From a virus, in the IMG/VR virus record IMGVR_UViG_3300042946_001661, positions 1 through 64,000 of that record: a stretch of DNA of 64,000 bases; one strand, written 5' to 3'. The notes below the pieces were generated by a model. That model ran no database searches. It had not been told where the DNA came from and worked only from the letters and a program-made list of their open reading frames with translations. Position numbers and translations under genes: made by a program. Positions 1-9,465 of this stretch are shown here, in pieces; the first letter of the stretch is position 1; every line of letters begins with the position of its first letter.

Positions 1-126
1 AGCTACACCAACAGCTACACCAACAGCTACACCAACAGCTACACCAACAGCTACACCAACAGCTACACCAACAGCTACACCAACAGCTACACCAACAGCT
101 ACACCAACAGCTACACCAACAGCTAC
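1..126 (+). repeat. 12-bp tandem repeat (ACAGCTACACCA, about 10 copies) encoding TATP
   Basis: Direct reading. Confidence 0.95.
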
Positions 127-373
127 TTTACCTCCACCAACTCCAACAGCTACTACCGTAATAGATTGCGGATATGCATTGTGGAATTGCACTGGATTAA
201 ACACTTGGACTCCTGTAAATATTTGTCCAGTATATGGAGATGCTCAATGTAGCGGAGGATGTGATGATTGTGTATCTTTGAATCCTAGTACTGGCGGTCC
301 TGGCGGCGGTGCTCAAGTTTGTGGACCAGAAGAAAATAATCCCTATTTAATTCCATGTGTTCAAAGAACTTAA
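2..373 (+). CDS. 3' end of a Pro/Thr-repeat, Cys-rich protein (5' truncated by the window), probably virion-associated
   Basis: Frame is open from base 2 (ATPT repeats) into the listed 179..373 ORF; Cys-rich tail. Confidence 0.75.
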   Translation, partial: ATPTATPTATPTATPTATPTATPTATPTATPTATPTATPTATLPPPTPTATTVIDCGYALWNCTGLNTWTPVNICPVYGDAQCSGGCDDCVSLNPSTGGPGGGAQVCGPEENNPYLIPCVQRT

Positions 374-483
374 ACACTTGTTGGTGTTGGTGTTGGTGTT
401 GGTGTTGGTGTTGGTGTTGGTGTAGAAGACGGAATAGGAGTTGAACCTAAACAAAAAATGTTGCTATAGCAGTCTATTGTCAT
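370..483 (-). CDS. 37-aa Pro/Thr-repeat peptide MTIDCYSNIFCLGSTPIPSSTPTPTPTPTPTPTPTSV
   Basis: Manual translation, below the ORF-track cutoff; ATATATA box 7 nt upstream of ATG. Confidence 0.55.
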   Translation of the reverse strand: MTIDCYSNIFCLGSTPIPSSTPTPTPTPTPTPTPTSV

Positions 484-511
484 AATATAATATATATTAA
501 ATATGTTTAAA

Positions 512-1207
512 TTAAATAGGAGTTGGAGTTGGAGTTGGAGTTGGAGTTGGTGGAGGTAAAGTTGGAGTTGGAGTTGGAGTTGGAGTTGGTGGAGGTAAAG
601 TTGGAGTTGGAGTTGGTGGAGGTAAAGTTGGAGTTAGAGTTGGAGTTGGAGCCAAAGTAAATAATATGCCATTAATAATAACATATCCTTTATGTATTTC
701 TGCTGTGCTAGGACTTACCACAGATGCAATAATAGTAAAACCTTCCTCTGCTCCATTTTTAGGATCTTCTATTATGTGTCTTGCCCCTAAATCATTAATA
801 GAAACAAATGTCTCTTGATAATATAAACTATCGTTAAATTGATTGCCAATTTTGATAGAAGGAGTTTCATCTTTTAAATATAATTTAGTTGTAAGTATTT
901 CCATACTATTAATAAAAAACATAGAATTTTCTGGAACAGAGAATATCTCTGTTGAACCAGAGATTGTGAAATCTATTTCTGGGCTTCTTATTGAAGTGTT
1001 GTTTAAAAAATTTCCATCACTATCAAGTCTTATAGGGGAGTACAAAGATTGAACGCCTAGCTCAGTCCATGTTTTAACTCCATCTCCGACTTTTAAAACA
1101 TTATTTGTTGTTTCATAGCCAAGTTCTCCAAGACTTAATATAGGGTCTATAGAGATCCACTCTTGTTCAGTACCTCTGCGTATTTTTATATTTGTTATTC
1201 TGGGCAT
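512..1207 (-). CDS. Tail fibre/virion protein with Mtd-N (hyaluronidase N-terminal-like) domain and PT-rich C-terminus
   Basis: IKIRRGTEQEW..DPILSLGELGYE..KVGDGVKTWTEL motif; C-terminal (PT)n. Confidence 0.7.
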   Translation of the reverse strand: MPRITNIKIRRGTEQEWISIDPILSLGELGYETTNNVLKVGDGVKTWTELGVQSLYSPIRLDSDGNFLNNTSIRSPEIDFTISGSTEIFSVPENSMFFINSMEILTTKLYLKDETPSIKIGNQFNDSLYYQETFVSINDLGARHIIEDPKNGAEEGFTIIASVVSPSTAEIHKGYVIINGILFTLAPTPTLTPTLPPPTPTPTLPPPTPTPTPTPTLPPPTPTPTPTPTPI

Positions 1208-1572
1208 TATGGGGTCCCTCCATCAATATCGCCAAGTAAATTACCTTCTAAAGTAATATTGTTGACAGTTATGCTTCCTCCATTAAAATCAATGTTTTTA
1301 GTATTATCTACAACTAAAACTTTTCCGGCGACTGCCGTTCCTGGAGTGGCATTATGAAGCCTATTCAATTCCTCTACAGTAGCTAATAAGCCCTCTATCT
1401 GCCCGCCTGCGTAAGGCAATTGGGTCCATGTTCTAATTCCATCCCCTAGCTTGAATTTTCCAGTATCTTCTTCGTATCCAGGTTCTCCAGACTCTAAAAC
1501 TGGGTCCTTCTGTACCCATTTTGAAGCTAATCCTCTTTTAAATTGAATCAGTGCTATTAGGTCTTTGTGCAT
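1207..1572 (-). CDS. Small Mtd-N domain virion protein with C-terminal DGG motif
   Basis: IQFKRG..W..DPVLESGEPGYEEDTGKFKLGDG..W..LPY; ends DIDGGTP. Confidence 0.7.
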   Translation of the reverse strand: MHKDLIALIQFKRGLASKWVQKDPVLESGEPGYEEDTGKFKLGDGIRTWTQLPYAGGQIEGLLATVEELNRLHNATPGTAVAGKVLVVDNTKNIDFNGGSITVNNITLEGNLLGDIDGGTP

Positions 1573-1631
1573 TTTTCCTCTTTTAAATATATATTATTTT
1601 TATTTAAAAACAATATTGATATATATTATAT

Positions 1632-2150
1632 ATGGATTATTCATATCAATCATCTGGCAAGTTGGACTTTTTTGGATGTCCTATAATTCTAATTCGGAGA
1701 CTTTATCCATCAAAGTTCTCTGTTGGAGAGATACTTTACATTTATAGAAAAGCCAGACTGGGGATATTGGAAAAAATTGCAGTTAAAAAAATTAATTTAA
1801 CATTAATAGGAAATGAACCAATTTTTATTTATAAAGATACATTTAATTCTCTTTATAATGAATCGGAGTTATGTAGATATATTGAAGCACAACAAGAGGT
1901 TGATAGCTTTAGACAATATATTGAGACTTTAATTTTGAGTTCTCATGGCTGTGGTGTTTCAGAATACCTCGTTAATTCAATAAGTTATGGATCACCAACA
2001 AGTATGAGAAAAGCTTTAGTTAATATTAAAAATTTAATAAAAAGATTTTCTTCGAACAATTTTAAAACACAATATTACGATTTTGATGTTAAAGCTAAAG
2101 ATATAATAAAAGAAATCGATAGCATATTATTAGATGGTGGTAGAATATAA
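1632..2150 (+). CDS. Hypothetical protein, C-terminal DGG motif
   Basis: 172-aa ORF with ATATAT box upstream; ends LLDGGRI. Confidence 0.7.
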   Translation: MDYSYQSSGKLDFFGCPIILIRRLYPSKFSVGEILYIYRKARLGILEKIAVKKINLTLIGNEPIFIYKDTFNSLYNESELCRYIEAQQEVDSFRQYIETLILSSHGCGVSEYLVNSISYGSPTSMRKALVNIKNLIKRFSSNNFKTQYYDFDVKAKDIIKEIDSILLDGGRI

Positions 2151-2162
2151 GAAAGGACTCTT

Positions 2163-2339
2163 ATGAGAAATGTTCCAAAAAGAATAAAAGATAAAGCTAA
2201 AAGCAACAAAGAAACTACAGAGAACGTCCCATACTGTAGGGGAACTAAAAATTGTAGGGACAACCTCTTAGCATCAGCAGCTCTAAAGAATATATCAAAT
2301 TATAGAAAACGAGTTAAATTTGATGGAGGTCAAATATAA
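2163..2339 (+). CDS. 58-aa basic protein ending FDGGQI
   Basis: Manual translation; AAGGA SD-like sequence upstream. Confidence 0.55.
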   Translation: MRNVPKRIKDKAKSNKETTENVPYCRGTKNCRDNLLASAALKNISNYRKRVKFDGGQI

Positions 2340-2340
2340 C

Positions 2341-2892
2341 TCACTCGGCAATTATCTCAATATTGCCAGAAGGATTCTCTATTAGAAGCTTTTCTTCTTG
2401 ATTTTCAATGTTTTCTTCTTTTTGACTCTCTGAGTCTAATTCTACTTTACCAGCTTGAGTGACAACATCGGGCTGGTCTAATACTAGTTTTTCTTTCATT
2501 TTTTTAACCTTTTTGTTTCTTTTACTTTTTTTAGATTTTTTACTTCTTTTACTATTTATCGATCTAGCCTCTTTTTTTTCCTCTTTTTTTTCCTCTTTTT
2601 TTTCCTCTTTTTTTTCTTCTTCGACTACAACTGTGTTGTTTTCAACATCTTCTGTTTTAATTTCTTCTATTAGTCTTAATAGACAAAGAGGAGTCTTTAC
2701 AAGAGACATAAAATAACTATCTCCTGTGAACCTTTTTCTTGGTCCTACTGATTTAAAGCCCTCTGCACTTAATTTAGGAAGAGAGAGATCTGCATCAGTA
2801 TTATTTTCATATAAATACAAACCAGTTCCACTCATTAAATTTTCTAATCTTTGCTTCTTTATTTCTTTCGATTGTTTTTTTGAATATTTCAT
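2341..2892 (-). CDS. Hypothetical protein with KKEE repeats
   Basis: 183-aa ORF. Confidence 0.7.
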   Translation of the reverse strand: MKYSKKQSKEIKKQRLENLMSGTGLYLYENNTDADLSLPKLSAEGFKSVGPRKRFTGDSYFMSLVKTPLCLLRLIEEIKTEDVENNTVVVEEEKKEEKKEEKKEEKKEARSINSKRSKKSKKSKRNKKVKKMKEKLVLDQPDVVTQAGKVELDSESQKEENIENQEEKLLIENPSGNIEIIAE

Positions 2893-2905
2893 ATAATTAA
2901 AAGAG

Positions 2906-3337
2906 TTATTCTATCGGAATTATTTTAAATATTCCTGACTTTATTCTTTTTATTTCTTTGCCATCTTTTTTATAGATCTTTTTAATATTATTTAAATAAT
3001 TATATAAGTTAGCTGTAGTAACGTCGCAGTCTTTAAATTTGTCTTTAAGATTTTTAAAATTTAAAAAACTGTTTTTTTCAAAAGAATCTTTTATGTAGTT
3101 TTTAATTTCATTTGATAAGTTAATATTCTTTTTAATTATTTTTTTATCATTAAAAGTATTATCTGTTATTGCTATAGCCAAATTTTTCAAAGAAAGAAGA
3201 ATTTGTTCTTCATATCTAACTTTAGATATCTGTTTGTATAGACAGTTTTTATATGATATTATTTTTTTATAATTTTTAATATCAGTATAAAAATTTCTAT
3301 TGTCAAATGTTTTTATTTTCAAACAGTAGTTAATCAT
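2906..3337 (-). CDS. Hypothetical basic protein (possible C-terminal winged helix)
   Basis: ORF with AAGGA SD and an upstream sigma70-like promoter. Confidence 0.65.
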   Translation of the reverse strand: MINYCLKIKTFDNRNFYTDIKNYKKIISYKNCLYKQISKVRYEEQILLSLKNLAIAITDNTFNDKKIIKKNINLSNEIKNYIKDSFEKNSFLNFKNLKDKFKDCDVTTANLYNYLNNIKKIYKKDGKEIKRIKSGIFKIIPIE

Positions 3338-3355
3338 AATTTTCCTTTCATTAAT

Positions 3356-3384
3356 AATATATCAAAAATCATTTACTAAATCAA
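3356..3384 (-). promoter_or_regulatory. Sigma70-type promoter TTGATT-N17-TATATT with extended TG
   Basis: Consensus match upstream of the 3337 ATG. Confidence 0.55.
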
Positions 3385-3395
3385 TAAATATAACT

Positions 3396-3848
3396 ATGAA
3401 TAAACACATTCAAGAAACAATTGATAGAATGAAAAGGCTTGGAGAAATGATGGCTTCAAAAACTTTTCCAAATTGCAATCTTGGAGAAGATGAAGATTTA
3501 ATTATTTTAAAATCAACAGAAATTATAATAGATGGGTATACAGTGATTCTTTTTTATTCTGTGTCCGATTATCCTGACCATAGGATAAAAAGTCTACAAA
3601 TATATTCAAAGAATCATAATTTTCTACCATTTAATATTGTTTGTAAAATGGCAAAAAAATTTCTTGGAGAAAAGTACATATCATTGTTAGAAATTTTGTC
3701 TAGTGGTAGGAAAATATATTGCTGGACAGCTATCTGTGATAAGGATGATAATCCGATAATGAATCCTTATAATGAAAATTATATAAAAAAAGAATTTGGA
3801 GACTTTAATTATTATTTAATGGAACCCGATAAAATAAATTTTTATTGA
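3396..3848 (+). CDS. Hypothetical protein
   Basis: 150-aa ORF. Confidence 0.7.
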   Translation: MNKHIQETIDRMKRLGEMMASKTFPNCNLGEDEDLIILKSTEIIIDGYTVILFYSVSDYPDHRIKSLQIYSKNHNFLPFNIVCKMAKKFLGEKYISLLEILSSGRKIYCWTAICDKDDNPIMNPYNENYIKKEFGDFNYYLMEPDKINFY

Positions 3849-3926
3849 GAGTTTGAATCAAAAAAATCTTTTGATAGAATGTTTGAATGGTTTTAGGAAA
3901 TTTTTACTTTCTTGAGGAGCAAAAAA

Positions 3927-4178
3927 ATGAAGAACCCAGAAGTTTTTATAAGAGAATACACAAACAATCTTGGTGAAGATGATCTAAAGTTTCTTTTTAC
4001 AAGATTATCTGATAAGTTGCCTGGAGATACTGCTGAGGCTATAAATTTCTTAGATAAAACCGGCGAGTTTTCAAAATGGTTTTATTCCGCCAAGAGTTCA
4101 GATGATTTATACAACATGTTAGATAAAATATCTAAGTGTATTGAAAAGGAACATAACAAAAGATTCCAATTAATCTGA
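3927..4178 (+). CDS. Hypothetical protein
   Basis: GAGGAG SD before ATG 3927. Confidence 0.7.
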   Translation: MKNPEVFIREYTNNLGEDDLKFLFTRLSDKLPGDTAEAINFLDKTGEFSKWFYSAKSSDDLYNMLDKISKCIEKEHNKRFQLI

Positions 4179-4189
4179 GGAGTCTTTTA

Positions 4190-6229
4190 ATGGGTGAATT
4201 AATAAAAATCTCGGATAGCGAAAAGACTATTCCTACAAAAAAATACCCATATGCAAAATGGGATTTTGATAGCTTTAATATAGTCCAATCAACACTTTTG
4301 GATTATTATGAAAAAGATATCAATGGAATTGTTGCCGCAAACACAAGTGCCGGTAAAACGGTATGTTCTGAACTTTTCCTAGCACACGAGATTAGAAAAC
4401 GTGGAGGAAAAGGAATGATGCTGGTGCCTATTAAGGCGTTGGCACAAGAAAGATATGATGATTGGACCAATGAAAATCATCATTTCGGTGATTTAAAAAC
4501 CGTTATCTGTACTGGCGATTACAAGTCTTCTAAAGATGAGGACTTGAATGATGCAGATTTAATAATAATGACTTCCGAAATGCTTAACAGCAAAAGTAGG
4601 AATAAAAAAAATGAATTTATTAAGTCTGTGAAGACACTTGTTATAGATGAAAGCCATCTAATAACAACCCCCGGTCGGGGCGATCATCTTGAAGTTGGAT
4701 TAATTAATTTTTGTGAATTAAATCCAGATGCAAGAATCATTTTGCTTTCGGCAACAATGCCGAATGTTGATGAAATTGCAAATTGGATTCGTCAATTAAT
4801 GCCAAACAAAGACTGTTTTATATTAAACAGTAAGCATCGACCATGTCCACTAAATGTTCATTATGAAATATATTCTGATGGAGCAAAAAACTATGATAAA
4901 AATGAAATGGAAAAAGTTAACAAATCTATTGATATTGTGAACTACTATCCAGATGATAAATTTATCATTTTTGTTCATACTAAAAAAACAGGAGAAAACA
5001 TAAAAAATTATCTCTTAAAAGAAGGCATAGAAACAGAATTTCACAATGCCAATCTAGAAAAAGATAAAAGAGTTAAGTTAGAGGATCGTTTTAAAAATGA
5101 TCCAAAATTTAGAGTAATAGTAGCAACTTCCACTCTTGCTTGTGGGTTAAATCTTCCCGCTCGCAGAGTAATTATTGCTGGCATTCATCGAGGCTTACAA
5201 GAAGTTGAAACATACAATATCATTCAAATGTGTGGCAGGGCTGGGCGTCCAAGATTTGATAAAATGGGGGATGCATATATCCTATTGCCAGAATCTACTT
5301 TTGAACAACACAAAGATAGACTAAGAAAAAAAGAAAAAATAGAATCGCAATTATTGAAAAATGATTATGGTCATTATAAAGTTCTTGCTTTTCATTTAGT
5401 AAATGAAATTAATAATAAATCTATAAAGACCACAGAGGATATATACGATTGGTATAAAAAGACTCTTTGTAATTTTCAGTCTAAAAATTTAAACACAAGC
5501 ATTCTTGAAAAAACAATAGATTCTCTTGTAAAAAGAGGAGTAATTTATAATTTTGAAGATCAATGGAAAACAACAATTGTTGGCAAAATATCTAGCATGT
5601 ATTATTATGCCCCTTTTGATGTTGCTGATTTAAAAAATAATTTAAAAATAGTTGCTGAGAATAATCTTTTTGACAATGATTATGTATTATCGTTTTTGTT
5701 AGGAAATGTTGATTCCTACAGAAGTGGAATAGTATCTAAAGCTGAAAAAGAGGAAATATCTCTATACACTTCAAGAGTAGAAGGTCACCTAAAAGATTGT
5801 AATTTAAAAATATTTAAAACAGATCCTGTGTTTAAATATGGAAGTTGCTATTACAATCTTCTAAATGGACTAAATAGTCAAAATATGAGTTCCATGTTAA
5901 GAAATATACAGATGGATTTCCCTAGAACTTTAGAAGTATTAAAACAAATAAATACAATGGATCTAAAGGAAAACATTAAGCAAGATTTAGAGGTGTTAGG
6001 TTTAAGAATTCAAAATGGAGTTCCAAAATATCTTGTTGGACTGTGTAGAATCAAAAATATTGGCAAGCAAAGAGCTAAAAAATTATATGAATCCAATATC
6101 AAAGATATAAACTCTGTTATAAACACTCCTTTGCAAAAACTAAAAGTTTTATTAAATCTAAAAGAAGATGTAGTAAAAAATATGATAGAAGATGCAAAAA
6201 AATTATCTGCGGAAGAGATTCTTATTTAA
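4190..6229 (+). CDS. Ski2/Hel308-like SF2 DNA helicase
   Basis: ANTSAGKT, DESH, LSAT, TSTLACGLNLPA, QMCGRAGRP motifs; C-terminal HhH (IKNIGKQRAKKL). Confidence 0.9.
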   Translation: MGELIKISDSEKTIPTKKYPYAKWDFDSFNIVQSTLLDYYEKDINGIVAANTSAGKTVCSELFLAHEIRKRGGKGMMLVPIKALAQERYDDWTNENHHFGDLKTVICTGDYKSSKDEDLNDADLIIMTSEMLNSKSRNKKNEFIKSVKTLVIDESHLITTPGRGDHLEVGLINFCELNPDARIILLSATMPNVDEIANWIRQLMPNKDCFILNSKHRPCPLNVHYEIYSDGAKNYDKNEMEKVNKSIDIVNYYPDDKFIIFVHTKKTGENIKNYLLKEGIETEFHNANLEKDKRVKLEDRFKNDPKFRVIVATSTLACGLNLPARRVIIAGIHRGLQEVETYNIIQMCGRAGRPRFDKMGDAYILLPESTFEQHKDRLRKKEKIESQLLKNDYGHYKVLAFHLVNEINNKSIKTTEDIYDWYKKTLCNFQSKNLNTSILEKTIDSLVKRGVIYNFEDQWKTTIVGKISSMYYYAPFDVADLKNNLKIVAENNLFDNDYVLSFLLGNVDSYRSGIVSKAEKEEISLYTSRVEGHLKDCNLKIFKTDPVFKYGSCYYNLLNGLNSQNMSSMLRNIQMDFPRTLEVLKQINTMDLKENIKQDLEVLGLRIQNGVPKYLVGLCRIKNIGKQRAKKLYESNIKDINSVINTPLQKLKVLLNLKEDVVKNMIEDAKKLSAEEILI

Positions 6230-8224
6230 GATAATATTTATTTTATCGGTAATAGAATTTTTTACCGCTTTTAATGCAGGATAAGTTGGACATTCGGCAG
6301 CATTATAGCCAATAGGTTTTTTGTAAGCAGGTGCTATCGAATATTCTGGAACGGGTATTATATTACAATCACATTCATCATAAGCTTGAACTAATAGTAT
6401 ATCTCCATCTTTTACATTTTTATAAAAATATTCACCATATTTGTATATTAATGATCCATTTACCCTAACAGTAAACCTTTTACAACATTTAGATGGACTC
6501 TGGCTTATGTTATACAAGTAAATCGCTCCATCACCAACAGCTCTCAATATTTCATTTGATAAATATTCAATACAACATCCAGTTGTGGCTATTTGAAAAT
6601 TTATTTGACAACCAAAAGGAGATGTAGGTGTTGGGGTAGGTGTCGGAGTAACACATGGATTAGAAGTTATTTCCCAATTAAAAGTTGTTCCATCAGCAAC
6701 ATCATTTATTTTTGCAACACCACTACCTGAGCCGAGCAAGCCAGATCCACAAAGACTACCCACACTTCCAGGAGCAGATGTTAGGGTTAAATCAACACAA
6801 ACTCCACCTATTTTTGTTTTATGAGACATATAAATAGCCCCACCATTTCCAGTAACATCTATTGTTTCTATATCAATTGTACTGGGTTTTGAACAGTCAT
6901 TTAACCAATTACCAGTATAGTTATAGCATATAGAAGGATTTATTGTTATCGAATAGTTACCTTCTACAGTATATGGAGAGTCTGGGATAGATCCTATATA
7001 GTTAGATATTTTTAAACATAAATTTTCATTAGCGGGTGATCCACTACAATATGTAGAGCAGGCTGGGGGGAGGGCAAGGCTGGATATTTTTTCTTGGTCG
7101 AGCCCAAAACTTAAAAAATTAGGATTAAAAAAAGGAGTTGGAGCACACGGACTGCCTGTGCAATTAATGGTCAATTGCCAAGCACAAATATTTAAATCAA
7201 TAGGCACAGATAGTGGCGGCTGCTCTACTCTAGCCTTTAGAGTGGTTACACCAGCAGGTTTACAAAATGAATCTCCATTTGGAAAAAATGGTGCATCAAT
7301 TCCAGAAGTTTGAACTACTACATATGTTATAGTCTCATCTTCAGATGAGACCACTACTCTAATAGGAGTACATGAACTAGGTGGCAGTACACGAAAACTT
7401 ACTTCTATTATTTGTTCAATGGATCCGACACTCCATGTTCCTGCATTATAACCACTTCCTGAAAACCAATTATTGCTACATGGAATTGGTGTGGAAACAG
7501 GATTTGTAACAGTAGGTGTAACAGTAGGTGTAACAGTAGGTGTAACAGTGGGTGTGACAGTATTGGTTGGAGTTGGTGTGGGTGTGGGTGTGGGACAAGG
7601 ATTACAGCAAAGTTTTATATTTGTAATTCCATTATCAACACTAGAGTCCAACGATCCTGCTCCTAAGCAGCAGGCTTCATCTGATGTTAAGGCGAACCAT
7701 TTAGTAACATCGGAATGACATAAAGAACCTAAAGAACACTCTAGTTTTACCGGTATTTCTACACAGTCATTATTAATATATTTTAACTTTAAATTATTTA
7801 TAATATTAGAGTTTATATTAACTTCTTGTACAGATAATATTCCCCCAGGTTCTATGCAACAAGGATTCCCATCTGGGTCGTATAAGTCTGGACATGGGTA
7901 GGGGTTAACAGTTTTGGCGTTAGGTCCATATGAATTAAGATTTATATCTGCTAAAAAAACTTTTTTTGAATCATCCCAATCTCCATTACTATCGTATTCC
8001 CCTAAATAGAATTTATATTCTGCAGCATCACACGCATGAATTGCATAAAAAACAAACTTCATTGAACTAAAAGTTGTGCATATTTGATTACAGCTATAAT
8101 AAAATTTAATACGATCCCAACACTCAGGTCTAAAACATCCTGGGGCATTCGGAATATCCTTAAAACTACAATCACACCAACCACCTTTATCGCCGTATTT
8201 ATATGGAGGATTACAGTTTTCCAT
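6203..8224 (-). CDS. Large Cys-rich, Pro/Thr-linker protein (probable virion surface/fibre)
   Basis: Very Cys-rich; PTPTPT and VTPT repeats. Confidence 0.7.
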   Translation of the reverse strand: MENCNPPYKYGDKGGWCDCSFKDIPNAPGCFRPECWDRIKFYYSCNQICTTFSSMKFVFYAIHACDAAEYKFYLGEYDSNGDWDDSKKVFLADINLNSYGPNAKTVNPYPCPDLYDPDGNPCCIEPGGILSVQEVNINSNIINNLKLKYINNDCVEIPVKLECSLGSLCHSDVTKWFALTSDEACCLGAGSLDSSVDNGITNIKLCCNPCPTPTPTPTPTNTVTPTVTPTVTPTVTPTVTNPVSTPIPCSNNWFSGSGYNAGTWSVGSIEQIIEVSFRVLPPSSCTPIRVVVSSEDETITYVVVQTSGIDAPFFPNGDSFCKPAGVTTLKARVEQPPLSVPIDLNICAWQLTINCTGSPCAPTPFFNPNFLSFGLDQEKISSLALPPACSTYCSGSPANENLCLKISNYIGSIPDSPYTVEGNYSITINPSICYNYTGNWLNDCSKPSTIDIETIDVTGNGGAIYMSHKTKIGGVCVDLTLTSAPGSVGSLCGSGLLGSGSGVAKINDVADGTTFNWEITSNPCVTPTPTPTPTSPFGCQINFQIATTGCCIEYLSNEILRAVGDGAIYLYNISQSPSKCCKRFTVRVNGSLIYKYGEYFYKNVKDGDILLVQAYDECDCNIIPVPEYSIAPAYKKPIGYNAAECPTYPALKAVKNSITDKINIILNKNLFRR

Positions 8225-8453
8225 CAGTTTCCTTAAAAAAATCTTCTGGATATTCTATCTTTACTACATTTTTGCCATTTTCTTGATCTTCAAACCATCT
8301 AACTTGTTCGACTGGAATCTGGAGTTCTTCTAGGTGGCAAAAATCTTCTGGGGACACGGGCATATTTCTATGCACTCCTTCTATTAATATAGCAACTTTA
8401 CACTCCATTTTTTTTCTATTAAAAAGAAAACAATTTTTACATTTGTGTTCCAT
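8211..8453 (-). CDS. Small Cys-motif protein (CxxC..C..C)
   Basis: 80-aa ORF. Confidence 0.65.
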   Translation of the reverse strand: MEHKCKNCFLFNRKKMECKVAILIEGVHRNMPVSPEDFCHLEELQIPVEQVRWFEDQENGKNVVKIEYPEDFFKETDGKL

Positions 8454-8502
8454 AATGTTTTTTGCTAAAATTAGTTTACAAACTTAATAAGAGTTAATAA
8501 AA

Positions 8503-9465
8503 ATGATAATATCAATTTCTGGAAGAAAAAGTAGCGGAAAAACAATCCTTGCTAATGAAGTTGTCAAAAGAGGATTTAAAAAAATAAGTTTTGCAGACAA
8601 GCTTAAAAAAGTAACTGCTGAGTTAGTTGGATGTTGTATTGAGGACCTTTGTGACCCTCAACTAAAAGAAGAAAAGTTTGATAAACCTATTTTCTGGCTC
8701 GATATACAGTCTAAACTTGAATCCATATTAGGTAAAAAAATAAATAAGGAAATAGAAAATAAATTGCTTTATAACAGAAGGGATGCCCTACAATTTTTAG
8801 GAACAGAAGTTCTTAGAGAAGTAGATCCAGAATTTCATATAAACTCTTTAAAAGAACAAATAGAACCAAATAAAGATTATGTTTTAGATGACACAAGGTT
8901 TCTAAATGAGTTAGATATACTTAATAGTTTAAATGCAACATGTGTATTTATTATAAGACCATATTATCTAAAATATAGCAATCATAAAAGTGAAACAGAA
9001 TTAAATAGAAAAAATTTTAAAAATGTAATAATAAACAATAAATCTCAAGAAAGTCTTCTTAAACATTTTAATCATTTTTTAGATAATAAAATAGATTTAA
9101 AAAATAATGTAACAAGTAGAATGGGCGGCAATCTATCAGAGTTTTTCCTTACTGAAACACCTACTTCCTGTTACATTGCAGGAATGATATACGCTTCTTC
9201 TAAAATGGTGTTTGAAAATAACACTATGCTTTTAGCGTTAGATAAAAAGCTAGAGTTTTCTCAAAGCCATCCGATAGACTTAATATCAATATGCAATGAA
9301 ATTAAAATGATTGATCATCAGATATATCTAGATGACTTTAAACGATGGGATATTATTCAAGATGATAAATGCATGTACTCATACCCAAAAATATTAAAAG
9401 ATAAAAAAGATCTACAAGCTCATTGGTTTAGTGGAATCAAACAAGGATTAATCTCCAAAAAATGA
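8503..9465 (+). CDS. Deoxynucleoside monophosphate kinase (T4 gp1-like) with degenerate LAGLIDADG-like C-terminal domain
   Basis: ISGRKSSGKT, SFAD.LK, LQFLGTE, DDTRFLNE, HKSE motifs. Confidence 0.85.
   Translation: MIISISGRKSSGKTILANEVVKRGFKKISFADKLKKVTAELVGCCIEDLCDPQLKEEKFDKPIFWLDIQSKLESILGKKINKEIENKLLYNRRDALQFLGTEVLREVDPEFHINSLKEQIEPNKDYVLDDTRFLNELDILNSLNATCVFIIRPYYLKYSNHKSETELNRKNFKNVIINNKSQESLLKHFNHFLDNKIDLKNNVTSRMGGNLSEFFLTETPTSCYIAGMIYASSKMVFENNTMLLALDKKLEFSQSHPIDLISICNEIKMIDHQIYLDDFKRWDIIQDDKCMYSYPKILKDKKDLQAHWFSGIKQGLISKK

Noticed and set aside
1-126. Tandem repeats (also 34784..34993) as a CRISPR array
   Set aside because: No unique spacers; in-frame coding repeats; no cas genes in the window.
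512-1572. Diversity-generating retroelement suggested by Mtd-N domains
   Set aside because: No reverse transcriptase, no TR/VR pair and no C-type lectin domain in the window.
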